IMG/VR virus record: IMGVR_UViG_3300047493_000037
Span: 94,713 to 158,712 of that record
Length of the DNA: 64,000 bases
DNA from: a virus
Taxonomy: Duplodnaviria; Heunggongvirae; Uroviricota; Caudoviricetes
Direction: 5' to 3' (one strand)
Numbering within the stretch: the first letter of the stretch is position 1; every line of letters starts with the position of its first letter. Both the position numbers and the translations under genes were made by a program. Positions 16,231 to 23,980 of the stretch are shown piece by piece. The notes under the pieces are model-generated. The model had not been told where the DNA came from, searched no databases, and was given only the letters and a program-made list of their open reading frames with translations.

Positions 16231-16548
16231 TTAATCCTCAAACGTTAGACCAATTGCTTGCTCAAGTGTCTTATCGATCCAGTTTTGATAGGCTGCATCA
16301 AGTATCTTTTGCTTATCTTTGTTGGCAAAGAAACTTTGCGCCCCAATCAGCCGTTTCCTGACAGTTTCTAACTTACACACCTTATCGTTTTCTATAGCTA
16401 GTAAGCGAACTGTCACCATTTGGTCATGAAATATTGGTTCTTCAGGATCTAACCTTGCAGACATGTTGTCAAAGTTAAAATACCAACAGTCTACTAATAC
16501 TTCTGTTTGTTGAACAACGTTTTGTTTCTTCTTGCTAAATGGCCACAT
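16231..16548 (-). CDS. hypothetical protein
   Basis: 105-aa ORF fitting exactly between two tRNA genes. Confidence 0.5.
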   Translation of the reverse strand: MWPFSKKKQNVVQQTEVLVDCWYFNFDNMSARLDPEEPIFHDQMVTVRLLAIENDKVCKLETVRKRLIGAQSFFANKDKQKILDAAYQNWIDKTLEQAIGLTFED

Positions 16549-16553
16549 AAATT

Positions 16554-16624
16554 TGGTGTCCCCGACAGGAATCGAACCTGCCTATCAGCTTTAGGAAAAC
16601 CGAGACCTATCCTTAGGCGGGGAC
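16554..16624 (-). tRNA. tRNA (71 nt; anticodon arm not resolved)
   Basis: Perfect acceptor GUCCCCG/CGGGGAC, T-arm GCAGG-UUCGAUU-CCUGU, CCA encoded; middle region shares GGAUAGGU element with tRNA 16811..16881. Confidence 0.45.
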
Positions 16625-16625
16625 A

Positions 16626-16702
16626 TGGTGCTCGAGATGGGAGTCGAACCCACAACACCTAGGCTCTCGACCTAGTACCTCTTCCAGTTGGGTTACTCAA
16701 GC
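16626..16702 (-). tRNA. tRNA-Leu: tRNA with Leu anticodon GAG, class-I architecture
   Basis: Acceptor GCUUGAG/CUCGAGC, anticodon stem CUAGG/CCUAG, loop UCGAGAG (C33), D-arm UAACCCAACUGGAAGAGGU. Confidence 0.45.
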
Positions 16703-16810
16703 AAATTTTTTACTCTTGTACACCGGGTACGACATAAATACCCGCCATTCAAGTTTTTCGTCTATTACTTCTAGCTTTTTAAGCAAATTTAATAGATCTG
16801 TCATCATATC

Positions 16811-16881
16811 TGGTGGTCCCAGAAGGAGTCGAACCTTCTTCCCAAGCTTAGAAGGCTCGGTACCTATCCACAGGTGGGACC
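16811..16881 (-). tRNA. tRNA (71 nt; anticodon arm not resolved)
   Basis: Perfect acceptor GGUCCCA/UGGGACC, T-arm GAAGG-UUCGACU-CCUUC, CCA encoded. Confidence 0.45.
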
Positions 16882-16967
16882 AATATTTGCCCGACTAGGA
16901 GTTCAACTACCGCGCCGGGACTTCAGCGTCGCCAACGTCTTTTCAGGGCGTTCTTACGCTTTTATCT

Positions 16968-17044
16968 TGGTGCTCCGAGAGGGATTCGAACCCTCAACAT
17001 TTCGTTTTTGAGACGAACGACTCTTCCAGTTGGTCTACCGAAGC
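16968..17044 (-). tRNA. tRNA-Leu: tRNA with Leu anticodon CAA, class-I architecture
   Basis: Acceptor GCUUCGG/UCGGAGC, anticodon stem UUCGU/ACGAA, loop CUCAAAA, D-arm UAGACCAACUGGAAGAGUC, T-arm GAGGG-UUCGAAU-CCCUC. Confidence 0.5.
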
Positions 17045-17050
17045 AAATTT

Positions 17051-17126
17051 TGGTGCCCACCATCGGATTCGAACCGATACTGTACGCGTTTTAAGTGCGC
17101 TGACTCTGCCATTGGTCTACGCGGGC
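17051..17126 (-). tRNA. tRNA-Leu: tRNA with Leu anticodon UAA, class-I architecture
   Basis: Acceptor GCCCGCG/GGUGGGC (6/7), loop CUUAAAA, D-arm UAGACCAAUGGCAGAGUC, T-arm AUCGG-UUCGAAU-CCGAU. Confidence 0.5.
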
Positions 17127-17132
17127 AAATTT

Positions 17133-17209
17133 TGGTGGGGCCATTCCATTAGTCGGACTGCAGCGACCCCTAGTTGGACTAATCAACTCTCGACGATCTA
17201 TCGAGAATT
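17133..17209 (-). tRNA. degenerate tRNA-like element (CCA end and acceptor-like hairpin, no T-loop)
   Basis: Begins like neighbouring tRNAs (aaattttggtgggg) but folds only into GGGGUCG...UGGCCCC hairpin plus short stem-loops. Confidence 0.2.
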
Positions 17210-17300
17210 TGGTGGAGCGTGAAGGATTTGAACCATTCGTCTACCAACCCTACTTATTTTTCGACAGCGGTTTTACAGACCGTCGTAGGGAACACACTCC
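17210..17300 (-). tRNA. tRNA-Tyr: tRNA-Tyr (GUA), class II
   Basis: Acceptor GGAGUGU/ACGCUCC, anticodon stem CGGU/ACCG, loop CUGUAAA, long variable region, T-loop UUCAAAU; 91 nt. Confidence 0.5.
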
Positions 17301-17305
17301 AAATT

Positions 17306-17391
17306 TGGCGGAAGGTGGACGAATCGAACGCCGGACCTTTCGGTCCCCTCAGGGTTCAAACCTGATTGCCAACCATTTAGCGGCACCTTCC
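17306..17391 (-). tRNA. tRNA-Ser: tRNA-Ser (UGA), class II
   Basis: Acceptor GGAAGGU/ACCUUCC, anticodon stem UCAGG/CCUGA, loop UUUGAAC, variable hairpin GGACC-GAAA-GGUCC. Confidence 0.6.
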
Positions 17392-17597
17392 ATAAACTAA
17401 TTGAGACAAGCTATAGCCGCGATTCTGTCTTCGCCTCGCGGCGGAGAACATCATTCGTCTAGGAGAGTTGTCGCCAACTCCCTCAAGCTTGGTACCCGTA
17501 AGCACTACGAGCCGTAGTATAGCTTACCTATTTCCAATTGCTGCACGTAAAGATTGCTCGTTTCAACCCGCACTGAAGCGGTTACGTTCCTGTAGCT

Positions 17598-17999
17598 CTA
17601 ATTCTCAGGTCGCCCTGGGCAGTTGTTATCTGCTACGTTGCTCTCACAGTCGCGAACTTCCTCGACCCTTGGAAGGATCGCGATGTTCTCGCTCATCTCA
17701 AACTTATTAGACTTCTTACTATTTTCCTCTAATGTTAGAAGTTGTAAATTCCAAGGCACATGAAGTCCGCTAACATTTTCGCCATTCACTGGGACGATAT
17801 GGTCCACAGTTAGGTTTAACTCTTTAGCTGATTTATAAAGAGCCTTCATTTTATCTTTTTGCTCTTTTGTTAACCATTTTGGACTAGCCAAACGTCGTTT
17901 CGCCCTATATTCAGCAGTTAAAAAGTTCTTAATATGTTGATTTTCACTTCGCCATTTTCTTTGACGACCTTTTTCGTCAGTATCTGCTCTATATTGCAT
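17598..17999 (-). CDS. HNH homing endonuclease
   Basis: LTVDHIVPVNGENVSGLHVPWNLQLLTLEENSKK (HNH motif); between tRNA arrays. Confidence 0.7.
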   Translation of the reverse strand: MQYRADTDEKGRQRKWRSENQHIKNFLTAEYRAKRRLASPKWLTKEQKDKMKALYKSAKELNLTVDHIVPVNGENVSGLHVPWNLQLLTLEENSKKSNKFEMSENIAILPRVEEVRDCESNVADNNCPGRPEN

Positions 18000-18054
18000 A
18001 ATTCTTTTTTTATTAGACTTATAATAATTTGCACCCGCACCTCTTGTGCAAATT

Positions 18055-18131
18055 TGGTGCCGATTGTTGGTTCCGCCCCAACGATCTTCTCCTCTTCAGG
18101 GAGACGCTTCCACTAGGTTAGCTTAATCGGC
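18055..18131 (-). tRNA. tRNA-Phe: tRNA-Phe (GAA) with non-canonical T-loop (GGCGGAA)
   Basis: Perfect acceptor GCCGAUU/AAUCGGC, anticodon stem UCUCC/GGAGA, loop CUGAAGA; T-stem GUUGG/CCAAC, but the loop lacks the UUCRANY consensus. Confidence 0.45.
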
Positions 18132-18140
18132 ATGTAACTT

Positions 18141-18216
18141 TGGCTGGGAAGGCAGGGATCGAACCTGCGACGTCTTGATTAACAGTCAAGCGGACTACCA
18201 ACTGTCCTACTTCCCA
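18141..18216 (-). tRNA. tRNA-Asn: tRNA-Asn (GUU)
   Basis: Acceptor UGGGAAG/CUUCCCA, D-arm GGAC-AGUUGGUA-GUCC, anticodon stem CUUGA/UCAAG, loop CUGUUAA, T-arm GCAGG-UUCGAUC-CCUGC. Confidence 0.7.
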
Positions 18217-18412
18217 ACATTAAACTTTTTTGGCGATCCAGGATGCCTCGCGACACCCTGGATCATATAAACTTTGTCTTTTGATTTTCCCCGTGTAAGC
18301 GGACGGAGTAGCCTGCGTATTATAGTCTATTAAAACTATACAATGACACGCTGGAGCTCGAAGAGTTCCTTAAGAAGAGGTTATTTGTAATAACATGCGT
18401 TGTCATAAATTT

Positions 18413-18442
18413 ATTATACCACGTGTTTTTATTAAGTCTCAA
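18413..18442 (-). promoter_or_regulatory. sigma70-like promoter TTGAGA-18-TGGTATAAT upstream of tRNA array 3
   Basis: Minus-strand reading TTGAGActtaataaaaacacgTGGTATAAT; -10 = complement of 18413-18418, -35 = complement of 18437-18442. Confidence 0.6.
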
Positions 18443-18713
18443 TTATTTTTCTAAGTGCTAATTCAGCATCTAAAAGACGATATATTTCTTCTGACTTTTC
18501 CCAAGTATGCCATCGATCTAGTTCTACTTGGCGTGAATACTCTAATTTGTCATGTTGCAGTCGCCAATAGCTTCTATCGGTGTAAGTCCAATGAAGATAC
18601 TTATAGGTTCCGTCTATGTAGAAAACAGCCGTAAAAGATTTACCTTCCAAGCGTGGGTTTTGCTCTACATATGAAACCAATATCTCATCACTGAATTTGC
18701 TCATTGCCTTCAA
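18432..18713 (-). CDS. hypothetical protein, small paralog family B (copy 3)
   Basis: 93 aa; FYIDGTYKYLHWTY...W...KLEY...ELALRKIIE shared with the two upstream copies. Confidence 0.55.
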   Translation of the reverse strand: MKAMSKFSDEILVSYVEQNPRLEGKSFTAVFYIDGTYKYLHWTYTDRSYWRLQHDKLEYSRQVELDRWHTWEKSEEIYRLLDAELALRKIIET

Positions 18714-19011
18714 TCATGTCGTAAGTTGCTACTGCCAGCTCTAACTCTTCTGGTATACCAGAGGTTGTAAGTACTTCCTCTTCCCAGTCGTGCCAATGAG
18801 TGTGATGCTGTCCATTAACAGGATCACCATTTGCTTCTTGACTGCCAGCTATCCAGTAAAGCTTTTTGTCTGCAAGTCTCCAAAACCAATAAACGCCTTC
18901 TGCCCAGTTGTCGCCACGATAGGAACCATCTCTATAGAATCTTAGAGTTATAGGATTGTTGCGTGGATCTGTGTCAACAACTGTGTAAACTAGCAGGTCA
19001 TCTTTGTTCAT
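18688..19011 (-). CDS. hypothetical protein, small paralog family B (copy 2)
   Basis: 107 aa; RFYRDGSYRGDNW...YWFWRLADKKLYW motif. Confidence 0.55.
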   Translation of the reverse strand: MNKDDLLVYTVVDTDPRNNPITLRFYRDGSYRGDNWAEGVYWFWRLADKKLYWIAGSQEANGDPVNGQHHTHWHDWEEEVLTTSGIPEELELAVATYDMIEGNEQIQ

Positions 19012-19289
19012 TTTTCAAGTATGTTTCTAAGAGCCAGTAAGCCCGTGAGTTCTTCTGCCCAACATGGATTGTTGGTACCTGCCCAAGGTATAAAGGTTTT
19101 ATCATCAGTGTGCCTATAATATAGCCGACCGTCTATTACAGTCCAACTACTGCCAATTGCACTTCTTTCCATTAGATTTTTACTTCCATCTATGTGGACC
19201 CTGTCGTATGTTCCGTCTACGTAGAATGTGTAAACTCTATCTTTATCGGGCAAGGACTTAACAAGAAGAACTTCTTTATCTTCGCTCAT
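19008..19289 (-). CDS. hypothetical protein, small paralog family B (copy 1)
   Basis: 93 aa; FYVDGTYDRVHIDG...W.VIDGRLYY...LLALRNILE. Confidence 0.55.
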   Translation of the reverse strand: MSEDKEVLLVKSLPDKDRVYTFYVDGTYDRVHIDGSKNLMERSAIGSSWTVIDGRLYYRHTDDKTFIPWAGTNNPCWAEELTGLLALRNILEK

Positions 19290-19311
19290 CTATTGATATT
19301 TAGAATCGGAA

Positions 19312-20223
19312 TTACTTACCGGTTGCGTGCTTTGCGATTGAGTAACAGTACTTCGAGAAGTTAGTCTTCTGAAGCTTGTTATCGTTTAGAAACTGTGAGA
19401 GCCAGTCAGGATAGTTGCCACCGTGATGCTTGATCTCAACTATGATGTGCTCCTTGGGAGAATAGTTGTCGATCATAGACATGAGAGCGCTCTTCTCTTC
19501 ACTAGCCTTGCTAAGCTCAGCGCTGATCCCGCTAGGGATAACATCGAGAACCTTATACTGAACTCCCTCGTCAAATGTTACCCTAAGTCCTGCATCGTTA
19601 GCAGTGCCGTCTGTGTAAGCGCGACGAACATACTCAGTCTCGCAAGAGGGACGGAGGTGGAAGAGTTCTAAAGCTTGATTGATGTCAGCCACGCGTTTCA
19701 CCAAGTCTGGGAGAGCAACGTTGGGATTCATCTTGGCTAGTTGAATGGTTGGAGTAAGTGGAGCACCCTTCTTAAAGGTCTCCATCGTGTCCTTAGGAAC
19801 CTTGATGCGAAACTTGTCAGAGATGTCGCCGTGTTTTGCCTTGATCTCTAGGAAAGCGAAGTCGTTCTTCTGCAGCTTCCCGTTAGGTGCGTACTCTCTA
19901 GTCCTGAGTTTAAACCTGCTGTTTGCCTTGGACATATGATGTTGAACCATGTCAAGGTTAGAGGAATCAAAGTAGACGGACTTCATTAAGTTGAAGTTGG
20001 TGCCCTTATCTGGATAATCAGCCTTCATGTGCTTGCTAAGGAGTCTAACAAGCTCATCCTTAAAGGCCTTTGGGATCAAGTACTTATCTTCAAAACGTCT
20101 AAATAAAGAAGTATCAGAAGACTTCATCAAACCTTCTACGATGTACTTATCTGCGTAAGATTTTGCGAATGTCTCTGTCGTGATTGGTTCTGGTGTTGCC
20201 CACTGATTATTGTTCTTATGCAT
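19312..20223 (-). CDS. VTC/CYTH-like triphosphate tunnel metalloenzyme domain protein (polyphosphate-polymerase-like)
   Basis: 303 aa; RFEDKYLI start motif plus alternating charged strands (FKLRTREY, AFLEIKAK, LRVTFDEG, IIVEIKHH) typical of TTM/VTC domains; assignment tentative. Confidence 0.5.
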   Translation of the reverse strand: MHKNNNQWATPEPITTETFAKSYADKYIVEGLMKSSDTSLFRRFEDKYLIPKAFKDELVRLLSKHMKADYPDKGTNFNLMKSVYFDSSNLDMVQHHMSKANSRFKLRTREYAPNGKLQKNDFAFLEIKAKHGDISDKFRIKVPKDTMETFKKGAPLTPTIQLAKMNPNVALPDLVKRVADINQALELFHLRPSCETEYVRRAYTDGTANDAGLRVTFDEGVQYKVLDVIPSGISAELSKASEEKSALMSMIDNYSPKEHIIVEIKHHGGNYPDWLSQFLNDNKLQKTNFSKYCYSIAKHATGK

Positions 20224-20235
20224 CTTTCTATTATA

Positions 20236-20664
20236 TCATTCTTCAATATCTAGGTCAAATGCCATCTCCATGAGGCGACTCATGAGTGCATCTGAGTCAA
20301 GCATAAATTGCTGCCTAGTTGCGAGCTTGTCTTTTTCTTTGCTTTCGATGCGATCGTCTGGGTCGCTCCACGAAGTTCTCTTTTGATAAAAGCACCAAAT
20401 GTAAAGTGGATCGTGAAGCTGCGCATAAACGTTCTCAAAATGTTTAACAAGCTCGCGGCCGCGCATCTTGTGGTAACCTTTTACGCCTTGCTTTAACGCA
20501 GTCTCTAAGGCACTAACGATGCTGCATGTTGAGCAGATTTCTATGTCAACAAGTATAGCAGAAATATCCTTGTGAAGAGCTTTCTTTCTTAAGATGAGCT
20601 CTCTAGCTTTCTTCATGGCTTGCTTACGTTTTAAGTTTCTTTCTTTCATTGCCGCGTTATCCAC
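20236..20664 (-). CDS. hypothetical protein
   Basis: 142-aa ORF, basic N-terminus. Confidence 0.55.
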   Translation of the reverse strand: MDNAAMKERNLKRKQAMKKARELILRKKALHKDISAILVDIEICSTCSIVSALETALKQGVKGYHKMRGRELVKHFENVYAQLHDPLYIWCFYQKRTSWSDPDDRIESKEKDKLATRQQFMLDSDALMSRLMEMAFDLDIEE

Positions 20665-20815
20665 TCAGGTCTTCCTATGATGCCCCATTTAAGTCCATGT
20701 GCACTAACCCAACCTTTTTGGTTTAATGACTTTAGTTTGAACAACATGTCCAATAAGTACGTGGTTGATTTGAGTTTTATTGAGACCTTTTGTAGGTCTC
20801 GTTCATATTTACTCA

Positions 20816-21595
20816 TCATTTGCTCTGATAATACTTCTTGCCAGGATAAACCAGGCACGTCAGCGGACGATTACCCTTGCCGCAACCAGTATCGATGAAA
20901 GCTCTATCCTTAAATATGCGAGGGTTCTTGTAGTGCCCAGGTTGATGACCGCAAACCCTGAACTTGTCGATGCAAGGAATGGCTTTGTCCTCGTCGGTGA
21001 ATTGCCATAAAATCTCGTATTCCAACTTCTCTAGGAGATAGTGGAAGTTTGGGTTGTTTGCGCGTTCTTTATACTCTTCCTCGTAGTAATCTCCACCATT
21101 CATCATGACAGCAGTGTAGTCAAGAGGAGCGTGTGTTGCTAGGATCTCATTGGTCTCGTAGTAAGGTATCATGCGCGATGTGATCTCTTTGAAGCCCTTG
21201 CTCATTAGGGCTTGAGTGATCGTGTCCGGGTTGATGTCTGGCAAGTTCCACTTATCCTTGTAGTCGTTAAGCGTTACCTGCAAGTAGCTCATCCAGCCAT
21301 TGCCACCGCCCATGAGATAGTGCTGAAGCATCCAGTCGTGGTTGCCTCTAATAAAGAAGACTTGGTCTGGATATTTCTTAGCGAGATCAACTAACGCCTC
21401 TACAGTGAGAGCAGCTTGTGCACCGCGATCTACTAAGTCTCCGCAGAATACAATATGGTCTTCCGGAGTTATGAGAGGTAGAATCTGGTCGAGCACGTCC
21501 ATCAGCTTGTCAGCTTCATTATGAACATCGCCAAATAGATACACCTTGCCGAAGGGATGATAGAGAAGTCGATGACCGTATTGGATGTCACTCAT
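20816..21595 (-). CDS. calcineurin-like metallophosphoesterase (lambda Ser/Thr phosphatase / ApaH-like)
   Basis: GDVHNE...VFCGDLVDRG...FIRGNHD metallophosphatase motifs; 259 aa. Confidence 0.85.
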   Translation of the reverse strand: MSDIQYGHRLLYHPFGKVYLFGDVHNEADKLMDVLDQILPLITPEDHIVFCGDLVDRGAQAALTVEALVDLAKKYPDQVFFIRGNHDWMLQHYLMGGGNGWMSYLQVTLNDYKDKWNLPDINPDTITQALMSKGFKEITSRMIPYYETNEILATHAPLDYTAVMMNGGDYYEEEYKERANNPNFHYLLEKLEYEILWQFTDEDKAIPCIDKFRVCGHQPGHYKNPRIFKDRAFIDTGCGKGNRPLTCLVYPGKKYYQSK

Positions 21596-21730
21596 ATTTT
21601 AAGTCCCGCCATTCTCAAGAAGCTAGCTTTTTCTAGGTGCCACACGTTGCTAACAACGGGTAGATGAACATACTCTGTTACATGCAGTTTTCTAAGCAAC
21701 GTGATAAGGTTGCCGAACGCCTGACGCTTC

Positions 21731-22102
21731 TTACTCATGATCGTCAACTAAAGCTTGCTCAGCAATGATCTCTTTTGCAGATGGAACAATATCGCATATG
21801 ATGTTCTCTAGTGTGGAAGTTGTGTTAGTCATCTTGCAGTATATAGCGACTGCGTTATCGTACATCTTTCGTTCACTGCTAAAAAACCAAGGTTTGCGAC
21901 ACATTAAAGATGCTATTGTCCCAATAGAGACATAAGCGTACGTTGGCTCTAAAGATATGTATATATGCTTATCTGTTGCGTGACCTGGATAGTAAGATAC
22001 GTGACTAGACTTAATTGAGAAAAATTCTTTACTGGTTGCATATTCCCGCTCAAGAGAATGCATCAACAAGCTGAATTCCTTCACTGAAATCGTGTCTGTC
22101 AT
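21731..22102 (-). CDS. hypothetical protein
   Basis: 123-aa ORF. Confidence 0.5.
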   Translation of the reverse strand: MTDTISVKEFSLLMHSLEREYATSKEFFSIKSSHVSYYPGHATDKHIYISLEPTYAYVSIGTIASLMCRKPWFFSSERKMYDNAVAIYCKMTNTTSTLENIICDIVPSAKEIIAEQALVDDHE

Positions 22103-22416
22103 GATTGGATTATACGGTCAGGATTTAACGAGGTGTGGAGATCAGCGGTTGCTCTCTCCCTGAACGGCTCAAGCTCTAGGTCAACTTTGCTTAACAAGTC
22201 ACCGCCGTCCTCAAATAGGGCTGCGTGCTCGATTGCTTCGTGGTAATACTCTTCTGCGACCATGAACACTGCAACCTTGCGGTGAGCGTCCTTCTCTTCT
22301 ATGGCAAGATCGTAAGATGCGGCGGCTCGAGAAGCCCAAGTAATGGCTGTGTCTTTTTGAATCTCTAGGTAAGATTTATGTTTTAATTCTTCTTTAGCTT
22401 TTTGTAGGTTTAGCAT
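22099..22416 (-). CDS. hypothetical protein
   Basis: 105-aa ORF. Confidence 0.55.
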   Translation of the reverse strand: MLNLQKAKEELKHKSYLEIQKDTAITWASRAAASYDLAIEEKDAHRKVAVFMVAEEYYHEAIEHAALFEDGGDLLSKVDLELEPFRERATADLHTSLNPDRIIQS

Positions 22417-22419
22417 TTT

Positions 22420-22590
22420 TAGCCTCTTTTTGAAGTAAATCTCTCTTAATTTTAGCTTCTCGCATTTTGGCTATTGATTCTTCGGTATGTTTACGTCCCT
22501 TACCAGCGGCACTAATTTTTGCTTTTGCTTCATCGGAATGCTTTTTACCTACGTTAATAACGCTTAGTTTGACCTACATAAACCTTTCCA
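22420..22590 (-). pseudogene. homing endonuclease remnant (two NUMOD3 DNA-binding motifs, no start codon)
   Basis: Minus-strand frame after a TAG reads VKLSVINVGKKHSDEAKAKISAAGKGRKHTEESIAKMREAKIKRDLLQKEAKNAKPTKS* (tandem GKKHS-E-K-KIS / GR-HTEE-K-KM); ~55 codons without ATG/GTG/TTG. Confidence 0.45.
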
Positions 22591-22621
22591 TTGATATTAT
22601 TCGTTATTTTATAAATAAACA

Positions 22622-23176
22622 TTATTCTTTTGATTCTACGTCGTTATTATTTATCCAATTTGAAAGATCATTGGGGTGCATCTGGTCAAGCAGTGTCAAC
22701 AATTCTTGATCATTAGTTTCTTGAGCTTTAACCAAACACATTGTGTAAAATTGCTCATCCGTAAGATCTGTTTTCTTTAAGCGCTTGCGCCAATTGGCTA
22801 GCTTCTTCTCATCAACGTGATGACGACCTCTATTAAGCTTTTCTGGTACCATACGAGTATTGGAAGCTGCGTAACCTTTTCCATTGTTCTTACGATCTGG
22901 CGACAGTTTTTGTCCAGTCTTCTTTTCCGCTGATTGAGTCTGTTTGACGATAGATTCTCTACTGCCCAACCCCGAAGACTTCTTGTGTGCTGTTCCATTC
23001 TTGCCCTTTTGGCGGCGCAAGGCATCGTCTGCCTTTGTTTGCGCTCTTTGCCAGGATCCTGGCTTCTTCTTATCGCTAGATAACTTGTCTAAGTGATGTC
23101 TGCAGCGACCCGCAGGATTGCTAGAGTTTGCGCTGGCTCCACCACATCTAGGGCATTTTTTCTCAAGAGGTTCCAT
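22622..23176 (-). CDS. basic protein with N-terminal zinc ribbon (CPRCG...CRHH)
   Basis: 184-aa ORF, Lys/Arg-rich. Confidence 0.5.
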   Translation of the reverse strand: MEPLEKKCPRCGGASANSSNPAGRCRHHLDKLSSDKKKPGSWQRAQTKADDALRRQKGKNGTAHKKSSGLGSRESIVKQTQSAEKKTGQKLSPDRKNNGKGYAASNTRMVPEKLNRGRHHVDEKKLANWRKRLKKTDLTDEQFYTMCLVKAQETNDQELLTLLDQMHPNDLSNWINNNDVESKE

Positions 23177-23184
23177 GGCTTAGA

Positions 23185-23436
23185 TTATACCATGGCACGC
23201 TCTAATAAAATTGTTGCTGCTGCGTCTATGACTTCAGTAGACCAACCGCCGTCATCCTTAATATTAGGTCCAATAAGTACCATTCTTTCCAAGGCTTTAG
23301 TGCTAAGCTTGTGAAGGTTTTGACATATGTACGCTCGCCAAGGCTCACCCCACAAATGATCAGTGGGCTTAGTTCTTAACTTTGCGTCAAACTCTTCGTC
23401 AAATGCTTCTTTGGTCATTCCTTGCTCATTAGACAA
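23185..23436 (-). CDS. hypothetical protein
   Basis: 83-aa ORF. Confidence 0.45.
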   Translation of the reverse strand: MSNEQGMTKEAFDEEFDAKLRTKPTDHLWGEPWRAYICQNLHKLSTKALERMVLIGPNIKDDGGWSTEVIDAAATILLERAMV

Positions 23437-23678
23437 GCTTCAGCTAGTGCAGTTTCAAGATCTGCAACATAGCTAGAGAGCTCTTCAACCTTACTCTCAA
23501 GAGAGTAAACTTGGTTGTTCAATTCAGTGATCTCCTTGTCCTTGTCGTAGATTTTACTTTCCAAGTAGTTGCACTCGTCCTCGAGCTCAAGTATTCTATG
23601 CTCGTTCTTCTCTATCTCTTTTTCGCAGGCAATGACTTCGCCACGACAAGCAGTATGCGGATCAAGTATCTTAGACAT
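23415..23678 (-). CDS. coiled-coil protein
   Basis: 87 aa, heptad-like Glu/Leu repeats. Confidence 0.5.
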   Translation of the reverse strand: MSKILDPHTACRGEVIACEKEIEKNEHRILELEDECNYLESKIYDKDKEITELNNQVYSLESKVEELSSYVADLETALAEACLMSKE

Positions 23679-23680
23679 AG

Positions 23681-23980
23681 TTACTTCTTAGATTCTTCCT
23701 TGGACCTTCTTGCCAGCTCATCATGCAGCTTATCCAACCTAGATACAAGGTTCTGAATATGGTCATCGCAGTCACCACAGTCATTTTGATCCCTGAAGCT
23801 GTCAATCTGACCATGAACCCTCTCAAGCTCGTGGTTAAGAACCTGCATGATGGTAGGTGGAGGTGGCGGAACATACGGCTGAGGCGGAAGTGGAGGCGGA
23901 GGAGGAACGAACAAGGTTCCGGGTTGGCCAGTGATCCATTGCCAAAAAGTAAGCGGTTGACGTAGTGGGGTATCGCTCAT
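23681..23980 (-). CDS. proline-rich protein
   Basis: 99 aa with PPPPPLPPQPYVPPPPP. Confidence 0.5.
   Translation of the reverse strand: MSDTPLRQPLTFWQWITGQPGTLFVPPPPPLPPQPYVPPPPPTIMQVLNHELERVHGQIDSFRDQNDCGDCDDHIQNLVSRLDKLHDELARRSKEESKK

Noticed and set aside
16155-16361. Plus-strand ORF 16155..16361
   Set aside because: It overlaps the tRNA-Ser gene (16137..16229) and the well-packed minus ORF 16231..16548, with no RBS.
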